Shown in pieces: positions 9,283 through 18,500 of a stretch of DNA of 25,320 bases. The position numbers and the translations under genes were made by a program. Each line of letters begins with the position of its first letter. The first letter of the stretch is position 1. The DNA comes from a virus (taxonomy: Duplodnaviria > Caudoviricetes): positions 1 through 25,320 of the IMG/VR virus record IMGVR_UViG_3300032327_000484; one strand, 5' to 3'. The notes below the pieces were generated by a model. The model was not told the DNA's origin. It did not search any database and saw only the letters and a program-made list of their open reading frames with translations.

Positions 9283-11328
9283 TTAGCTATAAGAGACAGA
9301 ACAATATGTATTTGCAAGATCGCCACCAAATGAGAAATACTTAATTCGTGCTGTTGTTGTTCCACTCAAAGTAAATGTTGTTGCGCCAACAGTAGAATTT
9401 AAAGCAGTACAACCGTGAGTGATTGTTTTTGCTGCACCACCACCTGTTGATATATTTGTCACAAATAGAGTTATGTCTGAGCCTGCTCTAAAGTTTGAAA
9501 GTGTTACTGCCATGTTTGCGTTGACATTACATCTTACCCATGTATCTGTTGTAAAATCTAATGTGATTGCTGTTTGATTACCCGAGTAACTTCTAGAGTT
9601 ATATAATAATCCATTAGGAACATACAAAGTCGAATTTGCTTCATCAATGATTGCCGAGTTACTTGCTTGAATTAGATTATTGTTTGCAAATAAAATCGAA
9701 CCGTTTGGTCGACCATATGCTTGACGTGGAGAAATATCGATTTGAATTTTACCATTTGCAGATCCATTTGAAAGAATCTTTGCTACTTGGAAAACTGCAT
9801 TTGCTCCAGTAGGTGCTACGTTTGATGCTTGTCCAGAAGTTGTTGACAGATACAACAATTGACCGTTGTTTCCATAAGTTGATGCATCGAAATCTGATAC
9901 AATACCTTTCGTATAAACAAATCCATATGCTCCATTTGCAATTGCAACTTTAACGAAACCTTCTACTGCTGAATTTGCAGCAGACCTAGCATCAGCAAGT
10001 TGAACATACGGTACTGAATTAGAAGTAACAGCACCAGCTAATCGAATCCATGAGCCAGCAGGAATCGTAGATCCAGTTTCGTTGTAAACACGCTCAAATA
10101 GCACTTTGGAGATCGCAGGCCTGTCTCCAGCAACATCAGTATCTTGTATTAGTGAGATTGTATTGGAAGAGTACCAGACCTGTCCTGACGTTTGTGTAGG
10201 AGGTGTTGCTTGTGCAAACCATTGAATAGAATTTGCTTGTGATGTTCCTGTTGTAACATTTGAAAAGAAAACATTACCCTGAAGTGTATTCGCAGTCAAA
10301 TTACCTAGAACGATAAGATTTTTAGCAAAAGATGCAGAATTGGATGTAAAATTATCAACAGACATTGCAGTTCCTATTGTATTAGAAACTATATTTCCTG
10401 TTATAGTCAAATTGCCTGTTATTGTTCCACCTGTTTTTGCTAGTAATGTTGTCTGTGCGTAAGTATTTGCTGTATCAGTATATGCTTTTGCTGCTGTTAA
10501 TGTTGTTGCATCATTTGCTTTTAAGAATGTGTTAGCAGTATCAGTATATGCTTTTGCTGCTGTTAATGTAATTAAATCATTTGCTTGTAAGAATGTATTT
10601 GCTGTATCAGTATATGCTTTTGCTGCTGTTAATGTAATTAAATCATTTGCTTGTAAGAACGTATTAGCTGTGCTTAGTGACGATAATGATGCACCAGCAG
10701 TAGTTTGCTGTGTACCGTCAGCAAAAACGTAACCTGTTGATGTTCTGACATTACCTGTCACATAAACATTACCTGTTACACTTGTTGTCCTTAAAAAATC
10801 AAACGATGAATTACTAACTCTACCAACAATATTTTCAGACATTAAACCACCAACAAGAAATACAATATTTGCTCTTGTTGATGCAGTACCTATGATTAAA
10901 TTACCTTGTGTACTTGTTGCTGATGGACCATATACATATAGGTATCCATCATATGCTTTAAATGCGCTATAGTTGACAGGATCATTGTATGTGTTGCCGC
11001 TTATACCAAAATCAATATATTTCGTTGAGTTATCACTATCATTTGTTGACGCAACAAAGTCGGAAGAACCGTTAGAATTGAAATTCTGAAGATTAATTTG
11101 TAAATATGTATTACTTGAAGATGAAAATTGTCCTAAAACATTAGGATAAACAACTGGATTACCACCAACGTTTAAAATCTCATTTGAAAAAAGACCAGCA
11201 GCTAGAGTCTTTCCTGTAAATTTACCCGTAGTCGTTGTTGGTAAATCAACTGCAACAAACAAAGTGTTTTGTGTGTTTGCGTTTAGCGTTGTTAATAATG
11301 GTAATTGTGAAATTTTAATTGTGGACAT
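9283..11328 (-). CDS. Putative tail fibre/baseplate-attached fibre protein (681 aa)
   Basis: N-terminal KISQLP motif, T/N/G-rich beta repeats (VTGNVYVTGNV, GGTITGNLTITGNI), FADGTQQTTA motif, AKAYTD coiled-coil repeats and a GQLLYLSTTSG domain. Lies between the gp7-like and gp8 genes. Confidence 0.7.
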   Translation of the reverse strand: MSTIKISQLPLLTTLNANTQNTLFVAVDLPTTTTGKFTGKTLAAGLFSNEILNVGGNPVVYPNVLGQFSSSSNTYLQINLQNFNSNGSSDFVASTNDSDNSTKYIDFGISGNTYNDPVNYSAFKAYDGYLYVYGPSATSTQGNLIIGTASTRANIVFLVGGLMSENIVGRVSNSSFDFLRTTSVTGNVYVTGNVRTSTGYVFADGTQQTTAGASLSSLSTANTFLQANDLITLTAAKAYTDTANTFLQANDLITLTAAKAYTDTANTFLKANDATTLTAAKAYTDTANTYAQTTLLAKTGGTITGNLTITGNIVSNTIGTAMSVDNFTSNSASFAKNLIVLGNLTANTLQGNVFFSNVTTGTSQANSIQWFAQATPPTQTSGQVWYSSNTISLIQDTDVAGDRPAISKVLFERVYNETGSTIPAGSWIRLAGAVTSNSVPYVQLADARSAANSAVEGFVKVAIANGAYGFVYTKGIVSDFDASTYGNNGQLLYLSTTSGQASNVAPTGANAVFQVAKILSNGSANGKIQIDISPRQAYGRPNGSILFANNNLIQASNSAIIDEANSTLYVPNGLLYNSRSYSGNQTAITLDFTTDTWVRCNVNANMAVTLSNFRAGSDITLFVTNISTGGGAAKTITHGCTALNSTVGATTFTLSGTTTARIKYFSFGGDLANTYCSVSYS
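10463..10670. repeat. 66-bp in-frame tandem repeat, about 3 copies (22 aa unit ANTFLQANDLITLTAAKAYTDT)
   Basis: gtatcagtatatgcttttgctgctgttaatgt occurs at 10472, 10538 and 10604, an exact 66-nt period. Confidence 0.95.
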
Positions 11329-11338
11329 TGTTTTTACC

Positions 11339-14299
11339 TTAATCCAATAATAGTATATTGCCTAATTCATCTGTTATAGTATATAGACCGGATTCATCTA
11401 CGATTTCCGTTCTATATTCTGTGCCAATTGGTCCGTATATAATAAAATTCTGGGCTGTTCCATGATATGTTTTCGTTACCGAAATAAAACCATTTGATCC
11501 ATATGATAAGTTTGCACTCAAAATTATTTTCTTGTTGATATAATCAATAGAACTAACAGTTCCAGTCATATTATTAACTTTAATAGTATCACCAACCCTA
11601 ATAATATCTTTCAATGGATATAAAGGATCTGTATAAATTCCATTATTAATAATATTATACGAGTTTGTTACCGCAGTAATATTTATAAGATTGCTATTAG
11701 CATTCGATGTTACAGTCGCAACGTTTGCAAAAGATAACCAGACATTATCTTTTAATGTTATTGTGTTTGCAGCACTATTGATTGTGTTGATTTTACTGCT
11801 AAAAATATCACCGTTTGCAGTAGTAAATTTGATTGTTGAATTCGAATAGAAAATATTTGCTATATTTGTGCCTGCGCCAAGATAACTAAATTTGATTATA
11901 TTATTACTTGGATTTGTGAAGTTTGCAACCATATCAAATTCAACAGTTGAAGATGTTAAACTAGATAAAGGATAACCAGTATAGAGTGCATCAAAACTAT
12001 GTATATTCAAATTACTATTTGATTTCATTGCGAATCTGCCACGAACTTTTGTGCCTGTTGGATGCAAAAGTTCTAATAATATTTTTCTATATTTTTCTAT
12101 TTCTTTTTCTAGTGTAATTTGATATGAGTAATTATTATATTCTGCACTTTGTAATATATTAAATGAACTTAACTGGCCTGATGTATCTAAATATTGACCG
12201 TCGCTTATTGTAAGACCATTTAAAAATGTAACAGTAGCTTTAGCTAATCCGTCACCATATGTGTATATGTTATTAGCTTTATCATATCTATCTTCTGAAA
12301 TTATAGAATATTGTTTTGGTGGATAATCAGCATCTGCCGGTATAGGAGTTGTCACAAATTTCATACTTATTGATTTTGAGTCAATCAATAAAGGCAATTG
12401 TGTATTTGGTTTAGGTTTATTATAATCATAAATTCTTATATAATAAAGTGTTTCCAATTCATTTGCATTAGCATAAACTTGACTAATATTTTCAACAGTT
12501 GCTTTGTATGATCCTGTAGCTACACTAGCGCCTTGATATACTATATCACCTTTTCTAGGAAGATTGTTTTTTGCAAGATTTTTAACAACAATATCTTGTA
12601 TTTTAAATGTTGCTGTTGGCGCAGATATGTAATCTTCACCGTAATTTTGTATTTGAATTGTTGTTATTTGGCCAACTTTATCGGTTATTGAATCAAATTT
12701 TGCACCGTCTCCTAAAATTCCAGGTATAATTAGAACAGCATTTGAAGCTAGAGTGTTTGCAGAAACTACATTAGCACCAGGTAAGAAATCTGTTTTGTAT
12801 CCTAAACCTCCTAGAGGATAAGGATAAAAATTATTTGCTGTATTACTTCCTGGTGGATTAACATACTCGACACTCGTTATAGCACCAGTACCACTGACTG
12901 TTATTACATTCGCATAAGCACCAGTACCGGTTCCACCAATAATATTAATTTTATCGTTTGCTCTATAACCTTTGCCTGGATTAATAATTTGTAATGGTGC
13001 AAGTATACCCAAATTTTTCAAGTCTGCTTGACCTATACCAAATATTGTAGGGTATAAAGATTTTGCTCCAACTGTTGGCTTCTTTGTTAATCCACCACCA
13101 CCATTAGTTACAACAACTTTGGAAATTGGATAAGTCGATATTGTTTGAAATGTAAATGTATTTGAAAGTTTTGTATTTGCATTTGCGGTTGGATTAGCGT
13201 CTGACCAACTAAATGCCGCATTAGATATTCTAACATTTCGCGCTCTGGCAATAATATCTGTGGCCATTCTAACATTTGCTGCTGGAGAAGATAAATTTAA
13301 AGCACCAATATTTGCAACGGGTGGACTTCTAAAATTATCAGGAAGATTCGGAAATGTAATAATTGTATTTGCAGGTTGTAATGTTTCATAATTATCTAAT
13401 GAAAAACCATATCCACCATCCAAAACATTAACGGAAATTAGAGAACCTGTAGTTGTTGTTAAAACAGATGCTTCTGCTCCGACACCAGAATTTGATGATA
13501 ATCCACCATGAAATATTATTGGATCTCCAGGATAACCAGTATCCTGAAAATTATAACCAATATAATTTCCACCTCTAAATTTAGGATTAATTTTTACTTG
13601 ACTTATTTGACCAACAATTTTTGCTGTTAGTATTTTAGCATCAGGAGTATTTGCTGAAACTATTTTCTGATCTTTAAAGTATACATCTTCATTTTGTCCA
13701 TTGACAACTTTGATAAATTCACCTGACTGAAAAATTCTTTGTATATCAGAAATAAAAACTTCTGTTTTATTTCCGGAAACGGTAACAGCTTCAACGGTTG
13801 CAATCGTTTTTGATGTAAGACCAAATAGTCTATAATTTTCTATTATTAAAAAGTTAGGATCAATTGTTGCCAATCTTAAACTTTTCGCTACATACCATTT
13901 ACCATCAGATGTTTTTAATATTACGTCTTTTGTATATAAAAAATCAACGTCTGAATTATAAAGAACTTTAAATAAAAATTTATAAGAAGATGGAGTACCC
14001 TTTGCTTTATATAATTCTTTTGCAACTTTAGAAACTTTTGTTTTGTCTGCAAGAATTTCTTTGGGAAAATAAGGAAGAAAATTATTATAAAAATAATCAA
14101 CAAATTGATCTGGAACTTTATCTATATCTTTATAATCACCTAAACTGTTTATTAAATTTCCAGTATTACTTGGAAGATCCATCCATTCATAATATGCTTT
14201 TAAAAATAAAACAAAAGTTGCATAGTCCGGATTTTCCCTAATATGTCTGGGAATTTGATGTGGTATTAAAATTGATGTATCTGGTTTATATTGCAGCAT
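11339..14299 (-). CDS. Baseplate wedge initiator, gp7-like (986 aa)
   Basis: Motifs FLKAYYEWM, KELYKAKGTPSSYKFLFKVLY, ILKTSDGKW and YNNYSYQI...LLHPTGTKVRG. Directly follows gp6. Confidence 0.75.
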   Translation of the reverse strand: MLQYKPDTSILIPHQIPRHIRENPDYATFVLFLKAYYEWMDLPSNTGNLINSLGDYKDIDKVPDQFVDYFYNNFLPYFPKEILADKTKVSKVAKELYKAKGTPSSYKFLFKVLYNSDVDFLYTKDVILKTSDGKWYVAKSLRLATIDPNFLIIENYRLFGLTSKTIATVEAVTVSGNKTEVFISDIQRIFQSGEFIKVVNGQNEDVYFKDQKIVSANTPDAKILTAKIVGQISQVKINPKFRGGNYIGYNFQDTGYPGDPIIFHGGLSSNSGVGAEASVLTTTTGSLISVNVLDGGYGFSLDNYETLQPANTIITFPNLPDNFRSPPVANIGALNLSSPAANVRMATDIIARARNVRISNAAFSWSDANPTANANTKLSNTFTFQTISTYPISKVVVTNGGGGLTKKPTVGAKSLYPTIFGIGQADLKNLGILAPLQIINPGKGYRANDKINIIGGTGTGAYANVITVSGTGAITSVEYVNPPGSNTANNFYPYPLGGLGYKTDFLPGANVVSANTLASNAVLIIPGILGDGAKFDSITDKVGQITTIQIQNYGEDYISAPTATFKIQDIVVKNLAKNNLPRKGDIVYQGASVATGSYKATVENISQVYANANELETLYYIRIYDYNKPKPNTQLPLLIDSKSISMKFVTTPIPADADYPPKQYSIISEDRYDKANNIYTYGDGLAKATVTFLNGLTISDGQYLDTSGQLSSFNILQSAEYNNYSYQITLEKEIEKYRKILLELLHPTGTKVRGRFAMKSNSNLNIHSFDALYTGYPLSSLTSSTVEFDMVANFTNPSNNIIKFSYLGAGTNIANIFYSNSTIKFTTANGDIFSSKINTINSAANTITLKDNVWLSFANVATVTSNANSNLINITAVTNSYNIINNGIYTDPLYPLKDIIRVGDTIKVNNMTGTVSSIDYINKKIILSANLSYGSNGFISVTKTYHGTAQNFIIYGPIGTEYRTEIVDESGLYTITDELGNILLLD

Positions 14300-14315
14300 T
14301 TATTTTGCCGTATTT

Positions 14316-16391
14316 CTATGGTTTCGGTATCGCAGTCACTACAACTGATGTGGAATCGGTTGAATCTAGTGTTATAATTCTATTATATTGTGATGAAAAA
14401 GTCGTGGTTTTTGGAGTTACAGATAATGATAATTGTCCTAGAACATTATCTATCTCTGTAGGATTAAAAGAAGTTAACTCCACTATTCCATTAGTATAGT
14501 CGATTGTACCAATATTATTATTTAATATTGTTTTTGTATTTTTATTATTAAAATAATATGTTCTGAGTGTGCCATATCTACCTTGTAAATTTACCGTAAG
14601 TGATGCTCCTCTACCCGTTTTATCTATTGATGATGGTATAACTGTAGCAACAGCGGATGTATAATTATTTCCTGCATTGGTAATAGCAATACTTCTAATA
14701 GATCCTAAAGACATAATTGCTTCTGCCGTTGCTCCATTTCCATCACCATCAATTTTTATTGTTGGAGTCAATTGGTAGTTATAACCAGGATTATTAATAG
14801 AAATTGATTCAATACCATAAGTTAATGATGGATATTCTTCTAAGAATACATTATTTATTTTTGTAGATAAATTTGCAGGATCAGAAAATATTAAAGATGG
14901 ATTGGATGTAATACCGCTAGTTAAAACACCCTTTTCTAGAGGAGAATTGAAATAAAATTTATAATTGTTAATTCTACCTAAAATGGGGTAAAACTTTTTC
15001 TCAAGTTTAATATTAAAATCACTTGTAACTATGGCAGGACTATAGTTTTGTATTGCACTTAACAATAAATAAGAACTGAAAGATGAGTTAAATGTATTTA
15101 ATGTTTTATTTCCAAAGTTATATACGGCAGCTTTAATTCCATCTGCTATTTCAGTTGGTGACTGTGTTGTTTTATATGGATCATAGTATGCAGTGATGTC
15201 CAACTTTAAATAAACATAATCAGGATCTAAAATAGTGGGATTTACAGTTACAACGGATATTGGCTTTATAACTTCTTCAATTAATCTTTTCTTTTGCACT
15301 TGAGTTATATTATATCCACCAGTTGGTTTTAAAGAAATGAATACTTGCCCATATATAGGTGGATCATTTTCTTCTCCACCCCAAACATTAACTGAGTCGA
15401 ATGATATACCAATATTATTTTGTTGTAAAATTGTAATATAATCATTTTTTGTCACAGCACGATTTTGTGCTGAATAATTTTTTGTAGCATAAAATTTAAT
15501 TTGTTCTACAGATTCTTTTTCTGAGCCGTTTGACGATTCTTGTATTGGATAAATTCTTGTATTTGCAAATCCATTAACAGTATCCATTAAATAAAAGCTG
15601 TTTGCTCCACGTGAATTAATGGAATCCGTTGAAATATAAGTAAGTCTGACAATATTGCCATTATATAATTTTTTACCTATAATACCATCACCAAAATAAA
15701 TCTCATAAAAACCATTACTATTTTCTTGTAAAAAATATACAAAAGAATTTCCATTTAACAACAAAACACTTTCTGCTTTATTATAGATTTGCGTTGCCGT
15801 ATTTGTTGATGATTCCTGTACTGAAACTGTTAGCGTAGTTAAATCTGCATTTGAATCTGATATCTCAAATAAAAATGTTGGATTTGCAGTTGTATCTACA
15901 GTATATACTTGATTTGATAGTTTACCTTGTTTCAATTTTACATTCGTAAAATTAGCTTTGCTATCAACAACATCTACAGTATATGAATCTGATGTTACAA
16001 AGTTGTAGTTTTTACCATTAACTTGTTGAGATAAGAAACTTGCATATTTTGGCAAAGTTAAAGAACCACTAGTTACTTGATTCACAGTTAAATTGATAAC
16101 TGCTTCCGGTGCAATAGGAGACTTAGGTGTATAATTTAAAAGTTTAGCTTGTGAGACTACAGAACTTCTTTGAACAGCACTATCTATAAAAATTTCGTTT
16201 GCAATCATATTCAAATAATACGCATTATATTGAGTATTGTATGCAAGAACATCTAAAAGAACAGAAAGTGCAGAACCATCATAATTATAATCTTTTAAAA
16301 CATCTTGATTTTGTAAAAATTTCTTTAAATTATTTTTAATAGAATCAAAATCTAAATCTACCATTTGTGTTATTGAGTTGGCATTAGCCAT
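14316..16391 (-). CDS. gp6: Baseplate wedge subunit gp6
   Basis: Motifs LDFDSIKNNLKKFL, DYNYDGSALSVLLDVLAYNTQYNAYY, YEIYFGDGIIGK, AQNRAVTKNDY, VWGGEENDPPIYGQVFIS and GTIDYTNG. Confidence 0.95.
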   Translation of the reverse strand: MANANSITQMVDLDFDSIKNNLKKFLQNQDVLKDYNYDGSALSVLLDVLAYNTQYNAYYLNMIANEIFIDSAVQRSSVVSQAKLLNYTPKSPIAPEAVINLTVNQVTSGSLTLPKYASFLSQQVNGKNYNFVTSDSYTVDVVDSKANFTNVKLKQGKLSNQVYTVDTTANPTFLFEISDSNADLTTLTVSVQESSTNTATQIYNKAESVLLLNGNSFVYFLQENSNGFYEIYFGDGIIGKKLYNGNIVRLTYISTDSINSRGANSFYLMDTVNGFANTRIYPIQESSNGSEKESVEQIKFYATKNYSAQNRAVTKNDYITILQQNNIGISFDSVNVWGGEENDPPIYGQVFISLKPTGGYNITQVQKKRLIEEVIKPISVVTVNPTILDPDYVYLKLDITAYYDPYKTTQSPTEIADGIKAAVYNFGNKTLNTFNSSFSSYLLLSAIQNYSPAIVTSDFNIKLEKKFYPILGRINNYKFYFNSPLEKGVLTSGITSNPSLIFSDPANLSTKINNVFLEEYPSLTYGIESISINNPGYNYQLTPTIKIDGDGNGATAEAIMSLGSIRSIAITNAGNNYTSAVATVIPSSIDKTGRGASLTVNLQGRYGTLRTYYFNNKNTKTILNNNIGTIDYTNGIVELTSFNPTEIDNVLGQLSLSVTPKTTTFSSQYNRIITLDSTDSTSVVVTAIPKP

Positions 16392-16392
16392 A

Positions 16393-16785
16393 TTATTTTA
16401 TTCTCTCTAAAAATAATGTTGTTGATGTCAATAAAGTTGCATTTTCTATATAAAATCTAAGTGTGACATTATAACCATTCTGTTCATCAGACGTCTGAAC
16501 ACGAATTGTATCAATTTTTACTCTTGGTTCGAAATTTTCTATTGTAATTCTTATTTGGTCTTCTAATTGTGATGCTGTTAGGGGTGAAATAGGTTCAAAC
16601 AATATATAACTTACTTTTGAACCTAATTCAGGATTAAATAGTCTATCATAGTGTTGTGTTAACAGTAAATTGCGAATTGAACGAAGCACAGCTTTTTCAT
16701 CATAACTCAAAGTAACATCATTTGAACCAGGTTTTCGGCCAAATGTTAAATCTAAATCTGAGTATATTTTTTGTAGTGTTGGCAT
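16393..16785 (-). CDS. gp25: Baseplate wedge subunit gp25
   Basis: YSDLDLTF...AVLRSIRNLLLT...RLFNPELGS...LFEP...IENFEPRV; 130 aa, immediately upstream of gp6. Confidence 0.95.
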   Translation of the reverse strand: MPTLQKIYSDLDLTFGRKPGSNDVTLSYDEKAVLRSIRNLLLTQHYDRLFNPELGSKVSYILFEPISPLTASQLEDQIRITIENFEPRVKIDTIRVQTSDEQNGYNVTLRFYIENATLLTSTTLFLERIK

Positions 16786-16789
16786 GGTT

Positions 16790-16797
16790 TATTTATG
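16790..16797 (-). promoter_or_regulatory. Late-promoter-like box CATAAATA upstream of gp25
   Basis: One mismatch to the T4 late consensus TATAAATA, 4 nt before the gp25 ATG. The AT-rich background makes chance matches possible. Confidence 0.5.
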
Positions 16798-17599
16798 CGT
16801 TAACTCTAGACTTTCCAAGATCTGTACCTATGACATCATTAACCAATTGTTTATGTGCTGAACCTCTTTCGGTAATAGAGGACGCGGAGCCAAATTTACT
16901 TACAATTTCTTGACTTTTTGTGAAGAAATTTTCATCTGATGTTCTTTTGTCATTCATAAAAGTTTTAATATCGTCTAAAGTTGTTGTTATTTGTGTTATT
17001 TGGCCTGATGTTAAATTACTACTATAAGTTGTAGTGCCTGGTCCACCTTCTGGATCCGGATAATAAGTAGTCAATATACTATTTTGAATTGTTGTTGGAT
17101 ATGTGGAAATAGTGGTAATATAATTAGTTAGATTAGGCTTCGTATACAGGCTTGAAAAAGAACCAAGAATGACAGAATTATCATCAATGCCTTCAGTTTG
17201 ATAAAGAATATATGAAAGTTGTCTACCTGTATTTATTGCAAAATCTAAAGTTGGTTTACCAATAGCATCTTCTGCTCCTATTGCCTCCATGCCTGAAAGT
17301 CTTTGTGTGTGTCGAAAAAAATTATACGTGGGTTGAATCAGATTATTTGCAGCGATAACTATTGAATTGGGAGCTCCTAATATAGTTATAATCTGATTAC
17401 ATATAGATGTTATAGTATTACATGAGTCTCCAACAGGATTAACATAATAACCATCAACTCTATTGTTTAATACATCAGAATACTCATCATTCGATGTAAC
17501 TTTAATGTTACTCATATGATTTTTGGTTTTATCATCGAATTTTTGAACTTTATCATTAAGAGATGTTGGAAAATTTAATGAATTGTATAGTGCTCCCAT
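16793..17599 (-). CDS. Hypothetical protein (268 aa), probably virion-associated
   Basis: Long ORF with an AGGAG RBS upstream, between the gp5 C-terminal gene and gp25. No family recognised. Confidence 0.75.
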   Translation of the reverse strand: MGALYNSLNFPTSLNDKVQKFDDKTKNHMSNIKVTSNDEYSDVLNNRVDGYYVNPVGDSCNTITSICNQIITILGAPNSIVIAANNLIQPTYNFFRHTQRLSGMEAIGAEDAIGKPTLDFAINTGRQLSYILYQTEGIDDNSVILGSFSSLYTKPNLTNYITTISTYPTTIQNSILTTYYPDPEGGPGTTTYSSNLTSGQITQITTTLDDIKTFMNDKRTSDENFFTKSQEIVSKFGSASSITERGSAHKQLVNDVIGTDLGKSRVNA

Positions 17600-17611
17600 A
17601 ATATTACTCCT

Positions 17612-18475
17612 TTAAATCATGCGGGGAATCGGCTGAGTTGTTGGACCAACTTTACAAAAATGAATATGAAAATTGTGTAAATTTTTATTAACAAGATCTG
17701 TCATCCAACCAGCTTTCATAACACCAATCAATGCTATGCCAAAATTTGCAAGTGGTGCATTCATCGATATACCCGCATTAATTGTACCAATGCACATAAT
17801 AGTTGCAGGTGCTGCAAATGGAACTCCAATTGATAGACCGCCAAAAACAGAAACAAAACCCAATGGACCAGCTCCGACACCGCTTGCAGCATCAACTCTA
17901 CCATATGAAAATATTTTTTCTGCTGTTATACCACCTTCTACAGCCATATCAGCAGTTATCGTAACAGTGTCTGGTGCGTATATATCTATAGCACCGGTTA
18001 TACCGTTACCTCCTCTAATTTCCATATCAGATTTGGATGTTAAGTTTAACGCTTCCTCTGCTAATATACTAAAAGATTTTTTAACATGAAGTTCGTAATT
18101 TCCTTCAATATACTCTGTTTTATTACCCATATAATGTAATTGTGCATCACCCTCAATCGTGATATTACAAGTGCCTTTCACTAAAACATTTTTATTTTTA
18201 ACAGTTATTTCGTATCCATCACCGTATACTTTATGTACTTCATCACCATTTGGATGCATTTCTATGAATGTACCTAATCTATGCGTAAGTCTTATTCGTT
18301 CTCTGTCTGGAGTATCATCCATTTCAAATGAGTGGCCTGAATCTGTTGCTTGAACGTAATTCATTCCATATTCAGGTGGTGCATCTAATGCGGGTGATCT
18401 AGGTTCTACCCATCCATTAAAAAATTCTGGTCCATCTAGCGTATATTCTTCTCCAGTTTCTGGATTAATTGGCAT
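17612..18475 (-). CDS. gp5 C-terminal-like central spike (beta-helix) protein
   Basis: SGHSFEMDDTPDRERIRLTHRLGTFIEMHPNGDEVHKVYGDGYEI followed by VKGTCNITIEGDA/IEGNYELHV repeats, typical of the gp5 beta-helix. C-terminal HNFHIH. AAGGA RBS upstream. Confidence 0.85.
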   Translation of the reverse strand: MPINPETGEEYTLDGPEFFNGWVEPRSPALDAPPEYGMNYVQATDSGHSFEMDDTPDRERIRLTHRLGTFIEMHPNGDEVHKVYGDGYEITVKNKNVLVKGTCNITIEGDAQLHYMGNKTEYIEGNYELHVKKSFSILAEEALNLTSKSDMEIRGGNGITGAIDIYAPDTVTITADMAVEGGITAEKIFSYGRVDAASGVGAGPLGFVSVFGGLSIGVPFAAPATIMCIGTINAGISMNAPLANFGIALIGVMKAGWMTDLVNKNLHNFHIHFCKVGPTTQPIPRMI

Positions 18476-18500
18476 AATATTTAATTCCTTTTAAGGCATG

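Noticed and set aside
10463-10670. 66-bp periodic repeats (also 1-132) considered as a CRISPR array or DGR template/variable pair
   Set aside because: The units are in-frame coding repeats with no unique spacers. No adenine-specific divergence pattern is evident, and no cas or reverse transcriptase gene is in the window.
14300-14318. Stop-codon reassignment or readthrough at the TAG stops of gp6 and the tube-fold gene (24373-24375)
   Set aside because: All genes are full length under the standard code. Readthrough of the gp6 TAG reaches TAA within about 10 codons and does not join the next gene.
18476-18500. Frameshift or readthrough joining the two gp5 halves; small CCTT-tt-AAGG hairpin
   Set aside because: No slippery heptamer is evident near the upstream stop, the downstream gene has its own RBS and ATG, and the hairpin is too weak to support.
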